Assembly: GCA_003693705.1 (NCBI GenBank)
Contig: RBZT01000855.1
Coordinates: 62,001 to 126,000 of the forward strand
Direction of reading: 5' to 3'
Length of the DNA stretch: 64,000 nt
Source of the DNA: Polymyxa betae A26-41
Taxonomy: Eukaryota; Protista; Endomyxa: Phytomyxea
The position numbers were made by a program, and so were the translations under genes. Under the pieces are notes generated by a model that made no database searches, was not told the DNA's origin, and was given only the letters and a program-made list of their open reading frames with translations. Shown here piece after piece: positions 12,170 to 25,960 of this stretch; the stretch's first letter is position 1; each line of letters starts with the position of its first letter.

Positions 12170-13657
12170 ATGTCTTCATCTCTTTCGTCCAAGCACACAA
12201 ACCATGCATCTGCGTCGGGATGGATAATCTCTATAGGACTGGCGGTTTTCGTGGCATCGTTTTTGTTGGCTGGATATTTCCCGGCTGACGGCAAGACGAT
12301 TTCCTCGATTGAAGTCATGCGTATCTGGGGTGATCACAATTGGGATGTTGGTACTTATGGAAACGATGTCTGAGAGAGTTAGATTCCAATGCCCCATTAG
12401 GAACCACATCCCTGCCCATTTCGAAAGTATCGGTGCTAGCAAAACAAGTTTTATCGAAACATTTTGATAACCTTCCTGATTATCTTCATGAACGCTCTGA
12501 CACGATTCCTATTGCATTGCTTCTTCGCTATATCAATGAAGATCGCCACGCGAAACTGCTTCGATTGTGTCCATCACGTTCATCATGCGATATTGTGACA
12601 CCTGATCCGGTAAGCAATAAGAACCTCGCCATGCTTTGTTTGATGCGCATTTCATTAGATTTACAAGCTGACGCCTTTACATTTGGCTAGCTTCGCAGGA
12701 GATGCCAAATCAGTCAAGTACCTTTTAGATTTAGGAGCTAACCCAGATGCCTTTGATAAATATTCCCGCAAACCGGCCAACCTCACTTTCAAGTCTTTCA
12801 TTAAAAATTCCAAACAATTCGCGGAATTAAGAGGATCGTCATGCCAGCTTCCCGAAGTTTTCATTACTGAGACTGATTCAAACTTGGCTCTTTCTGAAAT
12901 CCGCCGTTTGATTGCTGAGGGCGAACCATTAATCATACGAAATCTGTTGCATTTTATGAATGGTACTGAGTTACTGGAGTGGAACAGTGCGAATTTCTTA
13001 GAAAAGGTTTGCACCCTCACTCTTCTTCAAACTTGCCTGCTAAAGCAGATTACAGTTTGGAAAAAATAACGTGACTGTTGGGTCTGTTCCGTATGCATCG
13101 TATTTCGGTCTCGAAGCGCATGAATCCGACGTGGCAACATATGTGACAAATGCAGACAGCGACATTTATGTATTCAACAAAAACGACGAAATCAGCGCGA
13201 ACGCTTTCAAGCTGCTGGATAAATTCGTCCAAATGACGTTCCCAGCCTTCTTCACTGCTCCCCATACGCTTGGTTACGAATCGATCCATTTCTATCTAGG
13301 ACAGGTTAGAATTTTCAATTTAACTGGAATGTGCTGTGGTAACGTAAAACTTAGAATGGCTCGGGTGCTCCATTCCATTTACATTCTGACGCTGTCAACT
13401 TACTGACGCATGGAAAAAAGAAATGGTTCATTACACCTCCATTGCAATCTGTGTATAGCCGAACGCCAATGCATAAATATCTGGAATCTGAGAAACAAAT
13501 TCCAAGTCTGCAATGCGAACAGAATCCAGGTGATGTGGTTTACATTCCATTTGATTGGGGACATGCAGTTCTTAACATTGCAAATGAGACCTTCGGCTTT
13601 GCTGTCGAACTACTAAACGATCGCGACTCGTTTCGCTTTCTTCAAGTACAATTATAA
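12170..13657 (+). CDS. Signal-anchor + ankyrin repeat + JmjC (JMJD8-like cupin) protein (multi-exon)
   Basis: Ankyrin 'LTPLHLASFAGDAKSVKYLLDLGANPDAFD'. JmjC 'FYLGQ|NGSGAPFHLHSDAVNLLTHGKKKWF...QNPGDVVYIPFDWGHAVLN'. Hydrophobic N-terminus. Confidence 0.8.
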
Positions 13658-13689
13658 ATTATTAATTCTGTGTATAATGACAAGCCGTG

Positions 13690-14976
13690 TCAGAAAGTAA
13701 CCGGCCTGAGCACCCAAAGCTGAGGTTCAGGTCTATTGGTCCGGCTATAACCCGAGATTATCACACAACCATGAACCTGTACAGCAGAATATCCATGTAG
13801 GAGATCAGGACAATCGGAGCCCAGAATATCCAACTCCATCCAGCTACAGTTGGCCACATCCAGCACCCATGGCTTTAGATTAGGCTGGGCATCGAAACAA
13901 ATGACCTTGTTGGCTATTGGAACGCTGGCCGATATCGATCTCAACATTGTATTCATTGCTATAGGCTTATTGGACCAGCAACTATTAGCAATATTCAGCC
14001 TATAAAGACAGCGATCTATAACATCAATGGAGCAGATATTCTGATCTATTATGAAGCTGGTATCTTGTCCATCACAATATCCGTGCTTTGTATGGACACT
14101 TCTCCATCGCAATGTCAATGTATCTAACACTCTGACATCATGCCATCGATGATAGTCACCGCTCCAGGCTCCAACCAGGACAATCTCATCACCAACCGCA
14201 TAAGCAGCATGAATAGCACGACTAACAGGTATGATGGAGAGATCGCCAGTTGTCTTCAGACGATGCCAGACCATAGGAATCGTGCCAGTTTCTAACATGT
14301 AGACCACGCTGGCATCTGGTTTGGGACATCCTTCGCTCGCCAGTTTATCGTTGAAGCAGCCGCCCAGAAAATACAATCCCGTTCTGATACGAGCCACCAA
14401 TGCGCTGTGCAGCTTTGGGGGAGCATCACCCGTCGTTTTCGGTCGATGCCATTCCATTGTTGTGGGATCCAGCAGGAATAAGTCGTTGGTTGTGAAAGTT
14501 TCGAATGGTTGCCGCTGTGAGTTGGCATTCAGCTTAGATCCGCCAAACTGAATTATGCAGCTGAGATGCGGCAAGTACGTCGAGCTATGAAACATTCCAG
14601 CCATTGCATCATGGTTAGTAGCTGATAAACGCTCCCAAACGAATCCTTTAAAGAAACGCGATCGTTCCCAAACAGATCGCACCAACGACTTGATCGATAA
14701 CTTGTCGAGTTTGAAGCTGAGTTTGCTAATCGAGAGCAGCAGTGATAAAAATGGTTTACTGACTGAACCAATCCATGCAGAATTAGTCGATGAGATCATA
14801 TGGAAAAGGCGGCAAACGCTGGCCAGCCTCAGCAGATCATCTGGACCGAGGTGAGCGAAGACCATCTGAATGACATGATCCGGTAGTTCTACAAACAGCT
14901 GGCGCTGATTCGAGCCCTGGCGCTTCACATTCATTACGCCATGCAGACACAGATGATTGGCTTGCACAGGATGCAT
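13690..14976 (-). CDS. F-box/kelch-repeat protein (single exon)
   Basis: F-box 'LPDHVIQMVFAHLGPDDLLRLASVCRLFH' followed by kelch-like repeats ('IIQFGG', 'LYFLGG', 'DPTTMEW', 'LDTLTLRW'). Confidence 0.85.
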   Translation of the reverse strand: MHPVQANHLCLHGVMNVKRQGSNQRQLFVELPDHVIQMVFAHLGPDDLLRLASVCRLFHMISSTNSAWIGSVSKPFLSLLLSISKLSFKLDKLSIKSLVRSVWERSRFFKGFVWERLSATNHDAMAGMFHSSTYLPHLSCIIQFGGSKLNANSQRQPFETFTTNDLFLLDPTTMEWHRPKTTGDAPPKLHSALVARIRTGLYFLGGCFNDKLASEGCPKPDASVVYMLETGTIPMVWHRLKTTGDLSIIPVSRAIHAAYAVGDEIVLVGAWSGDYHRWHDVRVLDTLTLRWRSVHTKHGYCDGQDTSFIIDQNICSIDVIDRCLYRLNIANSCWSNKPIAMNTMLRSISASVPIANKVICFDAQPNLKPWVLDVANCSWMELDILGSDCPDLLHGYSAVQVHGCVIISGYSRTNRPEPQLWVLRPVTF

Positions 14977-15237
14977 TTGGGAGCTCAACCGACATTGGCA
15001 ATTTCACACCATTTCTGAGCATTCAGTTACATACGCCCTGTAGGACCCTTCTCGAACCCAAACTGGGTTGGGTTACGGCTGATCTTTTGCATCAATGAAG
15101 CGTGCTATTCGAAAACCTTGCAAGATGAAGGTAAGAGGACTATCTATATGAGCTGTGTATTGCGTACGGAGTGTGATTCATAATCGTGGTGGTCGCGACT
15201 GGTCCTATCGGTAGTTACGTAATACTCCAACGAGACC

Positions 15238-15519
15238 ATGTCCAACGTTAGCGAAGCCTTGCAGCGCATACAGCAGCAAAATCAGGCCCAGATGGTCCAG
15301 AATATGTTCTCCATGATTACCGATAAGTGTTTCAAAAAATGTATCAAGAAACCAGGCAGCAAGCTGGATTCGTCGGATCAGGTTGGTGTTTGGAACATGC
15401 ACCTGGATAATCGATGCCTTATGGGCTGTATGCAGAAATGTTTGTCGCAATGTGTTGATAGCATTCTCGAGGCTACAAAAGTGTGTAGCGAGACCATAGC
15501 TCAAAGAGCACAAGTATGA
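15238..15519 (+). CDS. TIM13: Mitochondrial small Tim chaperone Tim13 (intron 15382-15435)
   Basis: Spliced 'MITDKCFKKCIKKPGSKLDSSDQ|KCLSQCVD' gives the twin CX3C motif, close to the Tim13 consensus. Confidence 0.8.
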   Translation: MSNVSEALQRIQQQNQAQMVQNMFSMITDKCFKKCIKKPGSKLDSSDQVGVWNMHLDNRCLMGCMQKCLSQCVDSILEATKVCSETIAQRAQV

Positions 15520-15548
15520 CAACTCGTTGATTGCGTAATATAGATGAT

Positions 15549-18243
15549 TTATATTTGGATTAGTCTCAGGTTGGTGAAGATTCTGATTGGTAATTGTATT
15601 GTTACAAGATCAATAAATGTAAGAAATGGTTCAATTCGCTGGCACCTTTCAATGTTGTGTCCTTTCGCTTTTCGACCCTGCGCTGCTTGATAAACAGTAT
15701 CGAAATGTTTAACATTTCGGTTTATTGTATGGACTTTGGAGCTCTTCAATCTCAATGGCTCTGTATTCAATCAAGTATAACGGAATGCAATGTTCTGGAG
15801 CCAGCACGAATATACTTCGACTACCAGCAGTTTCGCCAAACACAATACAATCGTACCTGGTCATCCAACGTTTCTTCAAACTTTTGTAATCAAATTTCAT
15901 ATCTGTTGGCTTATCATACAATAGCGTTCTTGATCTTCGAATATGACAAAGCAATACGCGGTCAACCGAGCATCTCTTTTGAGAGTGTTAGTGCACTTTT
16001 GTCAATTACTTTTGGGTTTCATTACTGATTTGGAATTGATTCTTTCATGATGTGAACTTGTCAATGCATCGTAACACAATAGAGTATAATCGCCACCCTA
16101 CGAACGCTTTAGTAGGGCCCAGCGTTCATATAAATGACCTATTATCAGACCTGACTGACAAACCCACGTTCGAAGATTTCCGATAATTTATCGTGATCAG
16201 AGATATGGAATGCGAATTCGAACCTGGACGAACATGCCCTAAGTGTCAACCGCTATAAGCAAGCTTCTATATACTATACTCCGAATTGTTAGCATGGCGT
16301 CCTAATGGCATCCAATCTGTACTTAGTTGCTGATGAAATCGTCTCCATACCTAATAAGAATTCCTTTAGGGCATCGTTTACAATAGATAACTGGTTTGTT
16401 ACCGAATGCAAATGATATGCGAATACTTTCGCAATCCTCTGACATCGGAACCTATAGCCAGGGCAAGCCTTCAGATCGATAAAATCTTGGCAATTCGCAA
16501 ACTCGGGAGAACTGCTGGCCAGAGTCGAGATCAGAATTACATCAGGATTCTTATGCTTTGTCGATAAGCAGCAAGGCGGAATGCAGGAATATCGCAGCAA
16601 TTTTCTCTGAACTTCTTCAAAGATCCTGCTTCGGTTTTGAATCGCTGACTGCTTTCCATGTTTCAAACTGCGGATAGAAATAGATTCAAGACCAGAGTCG
16701 GTATGGTGCCGGTTACCATGATCAGCTTGCTGATCAGAGGGCTTAAAAACCGGAATACGAAGAATTTTTTTACTGGCTTGAACAGATTCTGGCGGTTTCT
16801 CGTCATTTGAGTGTAATCGTGCAAAATTAGGCAGCGGAACATCTCCGGCCCGGGTATCTGAAACATCTCGTTGAAATCCGGCGTCTGAAAGTCCTTTCCT
16901 GAGAACGTTTTGTGGCTTTTTGGGACTGATCGGACGCCGGACGCTGCCATGGTCTGCATCGCAGTCGGTGATGATGCGATGTCTTGCATCTGATATCTTG
17001 CCCATATCAGAGTATCCTGTATTCAATTCGGCCTGCTCCTTTGGGAAACGCTTCTCAATGAGAGATTCTAAACCGATTATGTAGGTGTCGTCATCGTCAT
17101 CAACGAAGACCAGTTCGTCTTCGGATGGGCTCTTCTGCTTCATCTGCGACATCGATGATGGATATCTTGGTGATTTTCTCCTTTGCGGTTCGCTTTGCGG
17201 TTCAAAAGTCTCAGAACAATTATTGATTGGTTTTTGGTTTGTATCAGGCTCCCAAAATTGGTCAAGAAATCTATCGAGCTCTGTCTGGATGTGCTTCTCG
17301 CTTTCATTTGACGATCCCATTGCATAAACGGCTTTATCTAAAGCAGGAGTAAACGTCACGTCTGAATGTGGTGAGGGTTCTCGAAGCCATGGGAACTGGT
17401 GGTCGTCAGGTTGTGTTTGCATTCGTTCAGGATAAAGTGCCAGAGCAGAAACTGCCACCTCCAAGTTTTAGGCTGAAAAGGCGAGAGCGCCATGAGATTT
17501 TAAACAAAGAAGTCGAGCAGCATTCTCTCTGAGTCTGGGGCTGCGTCTCTAAGACCAACTTCATCATGTAGCTTGCCCTGCTGCAGCCCTCTTTTGCAAT
17601 TATGATCGAGTTAGACATTGTAGCGGCATCAAACCTATTGTCTGAAATTCTTTATTTGCTGATATGATGTTGGATTCGCCGAAAAACGTCTGACTCGTAC
17701 GTCCCCTGTCACAACACGACGAAAAATTTGGTAGATTGGCAAACGAAAATTCGCCCAATTTCAAAAAGACAATTCAAGCTTTTCTGGCATCAATATTATT
17801 CAGTGATATTTACTGAATCGAGCAACCGAAGATTCTCACTCGCCGCTGCCTTTTTCCAATCAACATCTAAATAAGGGCCAACGTCATCAGACAGATATAA
17901 TTCTTCCTCCTTGTTTGAAAATGCCACAAGCTTGACGGGAAAGGTACAAATGACAAGGAATTCAAATATCACATCAAGAAGAAAATGGAACAAACTTGCA
18001 GTTCTCTAACTGAAAAGATACGCGAAATAGATGATGATGACGATGCGACTGATAATGTGGAATATATTCAGGGATAACGGGTTTGTCGACCTCCTTGCAA
18101 TCATCAGGATGAAACATATTAATTACGCATGATGGATGGTCTGAAGCCTGCAACACGGAATCACGTTTCGTCATTTCGTAGACTTCTTTCAAAAATAATT
18201 TATGTCCTGCTGGGCTTGCTCTCACAGTCTTGTTATCCGACAC
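15549..18243 (-). CDS. Hypothetical low-complexity protein(s), multi-exon (one or two genes)
   Basis: Long ORF 16289..17464 plus flanking minus-strand ORFs 17974..18243, 17796..17993 and 15549..15770. No recognisable domain. Confidence 0.45.
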
Positions 18244-18610
18244 CTGTAAATTGATTCGGCGTGAGATCAGAGAGTATCATGAATTTTCGAATGCGCTGGC
18301 TGTATACGAGTTGTGAGGTGTGAGGGCGTTCTACAGAAGACCACTCAACAAGTCTCCTATTAATATAGTTTCAGTTCAATCGTGGATAACGTACGACTGC
18401 AGCTTGGGACCATATGAGAGTGAACGGTTACGGATGGCAACTACCTACACTGATCAACTTACCGCAAGTTCAGATTTTTGGATTAATTGTAGCCCTGCGC
18501 TGACTTAAGAGGGTTGCGGGGTCTCGGGGTTTGAGGTCACAGTCAATTCCTGACGTGGATAAACACGTTTCCGCGTCACCGATTGTTCTCATAAAGCAAT
18601 TTAAAGCATC

Positions 18611-19997
<1,387 letters not shown>

Positions 19998-20325
19998 CCA
20001 AGGGATCAACGGATTGTCAAATTTCTATTCACCAGCTCTAAATAATAGATGTCTTATTGCGAATATGATCGGTACTACTGCTTTGATCCTTCTGTTTGCA
20101 TCCGACGTCATAAGACAGAATGCCCCCAATATCGAAACTACCGTTTCATCTACCTCCTCTATTATTGGATAGGTTACAGAATGGCCCACGACCAAGCACA
20201 GAAAGGAGTAGTTTTTCACTGACGGTGCAAAATTGGATCTGCACGTCAGACGCTCGTTCATTGTTGCTCTATAGACATCAGCTAAAAGCGTGACGCAGCA
20301 AAGGCTAGAGAACTCAAATGTTTTG

Positions 20326-23300
20326 ATGTCATCGCGGCCTAGTCTTCATGCAGAATGGAGGCAAATGGTTGCCGCTCGATCACTTAGACAGCGCCTACAG
20401 AAAAAGATGCAGCAGGCGAAATCGGAAGAGGGTAACTCCGATGGTAGTGACGATAACAGAAGCGAAGATAGCCAAATGGATTTCACCAAAGTTGGAGAAA
20501 AAATTGCCGAACATATGAAAACCCAAGGCGTTGTCTTCCAATCACAGTTGGATATCACGTATTCTATCGAAGCTCTGGAGCGAGTTTGGCTGAAGTTTGA
20601 AGGTATATTATCAATCAATCAGCAACAGAGATTTCAAACCGCTTAAATCATTCAGATGGTATCGAAGAAGAGGATTTTGTCAATCTGCTATCATCTGTTT
20701 TATCAACGGATCCACGAAAACTGTCGACGCTGTTTCAGAAAATGGTCAGCTGTTCTGTTTCATACTTAAAACAGTTTGACGACTAAATATGTCATATGCC
20801 ACAGGACGCAAATGCAGATGGCTCTATCGAATGGGATGAGGTTGCCGATGCATGATTGTGGCAATGATTGGTCTAATAAGAGTCCTCAGTTTTTGTCCTA
20901 TTTACTCAAAGAAGCCACTCACAACTGGGATCGAGCCTGTGAAGAAGGTCGTGCTTACTTGAAGCATAAAAGCCATTCTCACGAGCTGATACCACCAATG
21001 CGGTCTATTATCTTTATTCCAGCAGCTAGCAATCGCGGATTCAAATTCGCTGCTCTTTGGTTCGTCAGTCATACGATTAGATACCTGGGTCTAACTGCTA
21101 ACGTTTTAGTGATGATCGGGCAGTTCGCGTGTTTGATTCTCAATCGCTATCGATGGAATGTCAAGTGCCGCTGAAAGAAGCTCGATCCGTCGTATTGAAC
21201 CAAATCGAGCCTGTCGTCGACCTACACAATGCTCAAGTAGCAGCTCGAGAACGTATCGATCGACATCGTGAACAATTTCAAACCCGAACTCGATTGCGCC
21301 ATTATCGAGATCGGCTTGTCTCATCAGGGCGCCAGGCGACCGCATTTGATGAGCTTCTTATACCAACGACGTCATTGTCATTCCAACCATCGGTAGTGAA
21401 ACAGTTCGCTGGGAGAGAAATTATCCCAACTCCTACAGCTATAGCATACGATGCCAAAAATTCCCAAATCGTTGTTGCATCTTCAGATAAGTCTATTACG
21501 ATGTACGGATCGACGTTTGATCGGAGCCATAAGCTTCAGTTCCATCTGGAGAACGGATTATACGTTAGAACACCGCCATCATGTCTGGATATAGGCGAGA
21601 TAGCAGGATATAGTTCCATCCTGCTAGGCGACAGTCATGGCGGCATCTCGATCCTAACCGGCTCACTGGAACAGCGTCAGATACGACATAGTCGAGCACA
21701 TGGCGACGAATCTGTTCGAAAGGTAGGTCGGCGGTGCCTTCATGGCGCATTGATCAATGATTTATGCAGATCATGATCGTCCCGAACATCGGCGTCGCCA
21801 GCGGCGGTATGGACGCTGACATCGTCATGACAGACATGGAACGCTGGGAGACCGTCCGCCGCATGAAGGGCCATGCTCGAGGAATCTATGGCCTAAGCCA
21901 ATGCCAGCAGAATCGGCTGCTGGTCTCTATTGCATATGATGCGAAGATATTGTTATGGGATCCCTACATCTCCACATCTACAGGGTTGGTACATGGTAAG
22001 CGCAGCCACCCCCATGTCATTGCATTGTCTGAAGTCTTTTGAAGGACATCATTCTGATGTCGTCGACGTCATCGTCAATGAAAAGCATAATCAGATGCTC
22101 ACAGCGACGTTTAACAGGAAGATTCATGTCTACGATATCCGCATGTGGCGGTGCATTCAGACTCTGATTGTCGCTACGAATCATCGAACACAAGCCGATG
22201 CTTGCCTCTCCGGTCGGTTTTTACATTTTGAATTTAGCAAATGCTGATTTCTGCCTTTCCAGCCATAGCGTATGATCCGCTCAACGATCAGTTAGTAACC
22301 GGCGGTACATCATTGCAGTCGTGGCAGGTTGTTTCCGATCAAGGCGAGTCTGTCAACAATTCCAGTCATCAGCCGCGAGCTCATCATTCCCTCGTTGTGG
22401 CGGTTCTTCATTCCCCAGTTTTCAAGCAAATAATCTCTGTTAGTGTTGACGAACGTGTTTGCTTATGGGATATTTTCACTGGAGTGAGGTCTTTCGATTT
22501 CATCGCTAGCCATAATGCTCCAATAACAGCGGCATGCCTGGACCATCGTGGGAAGCGTTTGCTAACGGCGGCACAGAACGGAACTGTGAAAATGTGGAAT
22601 TTCAATAATGGGGCTATGATGCACGAATACAGTAAACGCAAACGAGAAATTTCAGCGATTCTATATCTTCCAAAAGCGTTATTTTCGACAGTGGGCATTG
22701 GCGTTAGCGAAGGCATCATCCGGTATAACGGCTCCCTAATTTTACAATTAGATGAGATACTCATAGTTTGCAGATGGGCTGATCCTGGCGCTCCAAACAA
22801 TACGACATCTGTATTCGTGCATAATGAGCAAGAGAAAGAGCCGCTTTGTATCGTTTGTGTTGGAGATTTATTTGTGTCTGGTGATCGAAATGGCGAGCTT
22901 GTGATTCGTTATGCAACAAGCGCAATCGTCAAAAAGAGACTGCAGCTACCAGTGGCTGGTGACAAAGTAATCGAAACGTTTGGTGTTATCAAATGCAATT
23001 TGAACGTCAGACCAGATTGACGCTATCAACAAAATGAAGTTCCTCACAATCAATAACACGACCTTTGGATTCATCGGCACTGATTCTGGGACCTTGCACA
23101 TCGTTGAGTCGCGAACATGGAACATCATTAGCACTCAATTTAAAGTAGGCACCGCTTGCCAGACATCTTATTGCGATTCATGCCATTTTTAGGCCCTGAC
23201 AGAAAGCATCGTAGCCGTTGACGGTGACGAAACTGCATGTCGATTATTAGTATGCGATAGCTCTGGACTTGCTAAGATATGGGATCTCCAAGCAATTACC

Positions 23301-24023
23301 ATAGAAAATGTCAGCACTCACATCCTACTAATGCGAGAATTTCCTCTCGCTGGACCTGCAGAATCGATCACCACCACTATTTTTTGTCCAGACATACAGG
23401 TCGGTGGGCGCAATTGCCTGAAGATTTGCACTAAAAACGATGCCCAGGCGTTTGTAGTCGGATCGGATTCTGGAGATATTCGGCTATGGACCTTAGAAGG
23501 CTTGCCAATTGCTAGGTTCGGACAATTGGAGTCATGGCCCATCCGATCTACAGATAGCGAAAGTTCTGATTCGAAACCAGAATTTAAAATGCCTCAGGTT
23601 ACTTTACCAAACCAAGAATGCACAAACAGTTTACCACTGAGTCCCGCGAAAGAGCTGAAATTGACCTCAACCTATAGATCGAGTAATCCAAAAACACTCC
23701 AGCCGAAAGGCTTGCGAAGCGAAAGTTTCTTTACGGTGGAAGATCAAACACCAGGAGATAAATTATTTAACAACAACACGAAATTGGCCTTACCTATAGC
23801 AGCCAAACCTCCTACATCTATGCTGGAGGTAGCATTGATGGAGATGAAGGCATTGTTCTGCAATTCTGACACGAAACCTAATGCGTTATCAACTCCAGGA
23901 GCTCCTCATGTAAAAAGATCGGCATCAAGACAATCCATTGAAGCTATGGGTTCAAGGCAGCCTACATTCAGACATTTACTTACAACATCATCGATATCTA
24001 CAGAGTTATCTAAATTAAATTAG
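20326..24023 (+). CDS. Large WD40-repeat protein, WDR49/WDR64/EFCAB8-like (multi-exon)
   Basis: Many WD repeats ('MKGHARGIY...ILLWDPY', 'HNAPITAACLDHRGKRLLTAAQNGTVKMWNFNNG', 'GSDSGDIRLWTLEG'). Confidence 0.8.
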
Positions 24024-24295
24024 TGTTTCCCGTAACGACTGTTCCAGCGATTGGATTTCGATATATTTGAAGACTTGATTGATGAATTAAAATTTACCCT
24101 TTTCGAAGGTCGATCAAGCAGACATTATGTTTGGATTCCGACGAAGTCTACTCAAGATTCCCCTCTTGGAAATAGGAAAGAAATGAATCGACAAGTGTCA
24201 ACGAAACGAAACAGTTAAGTGGAGAAACAGTCATATTTGAAACCAATGGCTCGGAACAGGATTCATTGGTTTCAGGCGAATTCCACTCACGAGGA

Positions 24296-25960
24296 ATGCG
24301 CATTAAGGCAAATCTGTTAGGCAGGGTATTACGCTTTCCGAGACGATTACCATCGTCCACGTCGTTTATGAGTCTACAAGCTCGCGCCTTAGACCCTTTA
24401 GTGGAACTTGAGCAGATTGGCAGCGCAGTGATTCCATTCGAGCGTTTCAAGGCCGATCAATATGCCATCCTAAGAGAAGCTATTGGCTCAGCTCAGGTCG
24501 TTTTGCTCGGCGAAGAGACGCACGGAACTGAAGAGTTCTATCGAATCCGTGCTGACATTTGCAAAGCGCTAATTGAGCGCGAAGGCTTCTCGGCAGTACT
24601 ATGTGAAGGTGAGGCGACTGACTTAGGGTTTTAGGGTTTATTTGACGTCTGCCCACAGCCGATTTCCCAGCGTTCTACGAGCTCAATCGGTATATCGGAG
24701 CAGCACCACTAGCCCGCTGTACACGCGGGAAATCCACGAAATCCGGTCCCAGTACGACCGAGGAAGCCATGGAGAAACTCAAAACCCGGTTCCCGGTCTG
24801 GATGTGGAGAAACGAAGCGTTCCATGAGTTCGTCGGTTGGCTGAAAGAACACAACCAGAATCGAGGACGCGAGGAGAGATCGCTTGTTCACCTGAATGGC
24901 CTCGACATCTATTCAATGTTCGAGTCAGCTGATGAAGTGATTAAGTATTTAGAGCAGGTCGATGACAATCTGGCAGCCGAGGCCAGAAAGCGTTACGAGA
25001 CGCTTGGTACGTTCCGTCCCGAGGCGGCCGACTACTGTCGAGCCATTTTTCAGGGCAAAATCTCAAGCCAGGCGCCGCAAGTCGCCTCGATGTTGGCGTC
25101 GTTGAACGCGATGAGCATGGAATTGAGCGGGATGGAAGGAGACGGCGACGAATTCTTCAACGCTGTCGAGGTAAGAACCGACGTCGGCAGCTCAGGCATT
25201 GCCTTACCAGCAGCAGAACGCTCGCGTTGTCGGCGCCGCCGAGGAGTACTATCGCAAGAGCTACATGGGCGGCAACGTGACCTGGAACATTCGTGACGAC
25301 GCCATGGTCAAGATGATCGAACACATGATCGACTTCCAAGAACGGAAATGCAAGTCGATGGGGATCTCGCAGCGCCCTCGGGTCCTGGTCTGGGCCCATA
25401 ACAGCCATGTCGGCGACGCCCTCGCCACCGAACATCATGAACGGCGCCAGTTCAACGTCGGCCGTCTGGTCCGAGCCAAGTACGGCTACGACAACTCGTT
25501 CATTGTCGGCTTCTCGACGTTTTCGGGGACGGTCCGAGCCGCTCGATCCTGGAACGGCCGCGATTATCTCATGGATCTGAACGAATCATTGCCGGGTAGT
25601 ACTGGCCATCTGTTCCATCGTGTCGCGAAACAGTTGAATATGCCGGATCTGGCAGTTGTTACGAGAACGAACAGCTCCCGGGGTTTGACGAGTGAACAGC
25701 TCGCGTGTCGTCAGGTACTGAACGCTCAACGACTGGAGAGATTCGTCGGCGTCCAGTATATCAAACGAACCGAACGTCAATCACACTATTCATACTGCAG
25801 CATTGGCGAACAGTTTGATACCATCATCCATATCGATAAGACATCAGCCGTCAAGGTGTTACAGCAATCACGATCGACGTCACCACGACCGGGTACGATC
25901 GACTATCGCAAATTTGAAAATTTCGACGAGAGCGCTGGCAGCGAGGAAGATTGCATCTAG
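24296..25960 (+). CDS. Erythromycin esterase (Ere) family protein (2 introns)
   Basis: 'VVLLGEETHGTEEFYRIRA', 'FPVWMWRN', 'GLDIYS', 'NARVVGAAEEYYR', 'WNIRD', 'VLVWAHNSHVGDA', 'QFDTIIHIDKT'. Confidence 0.9.
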
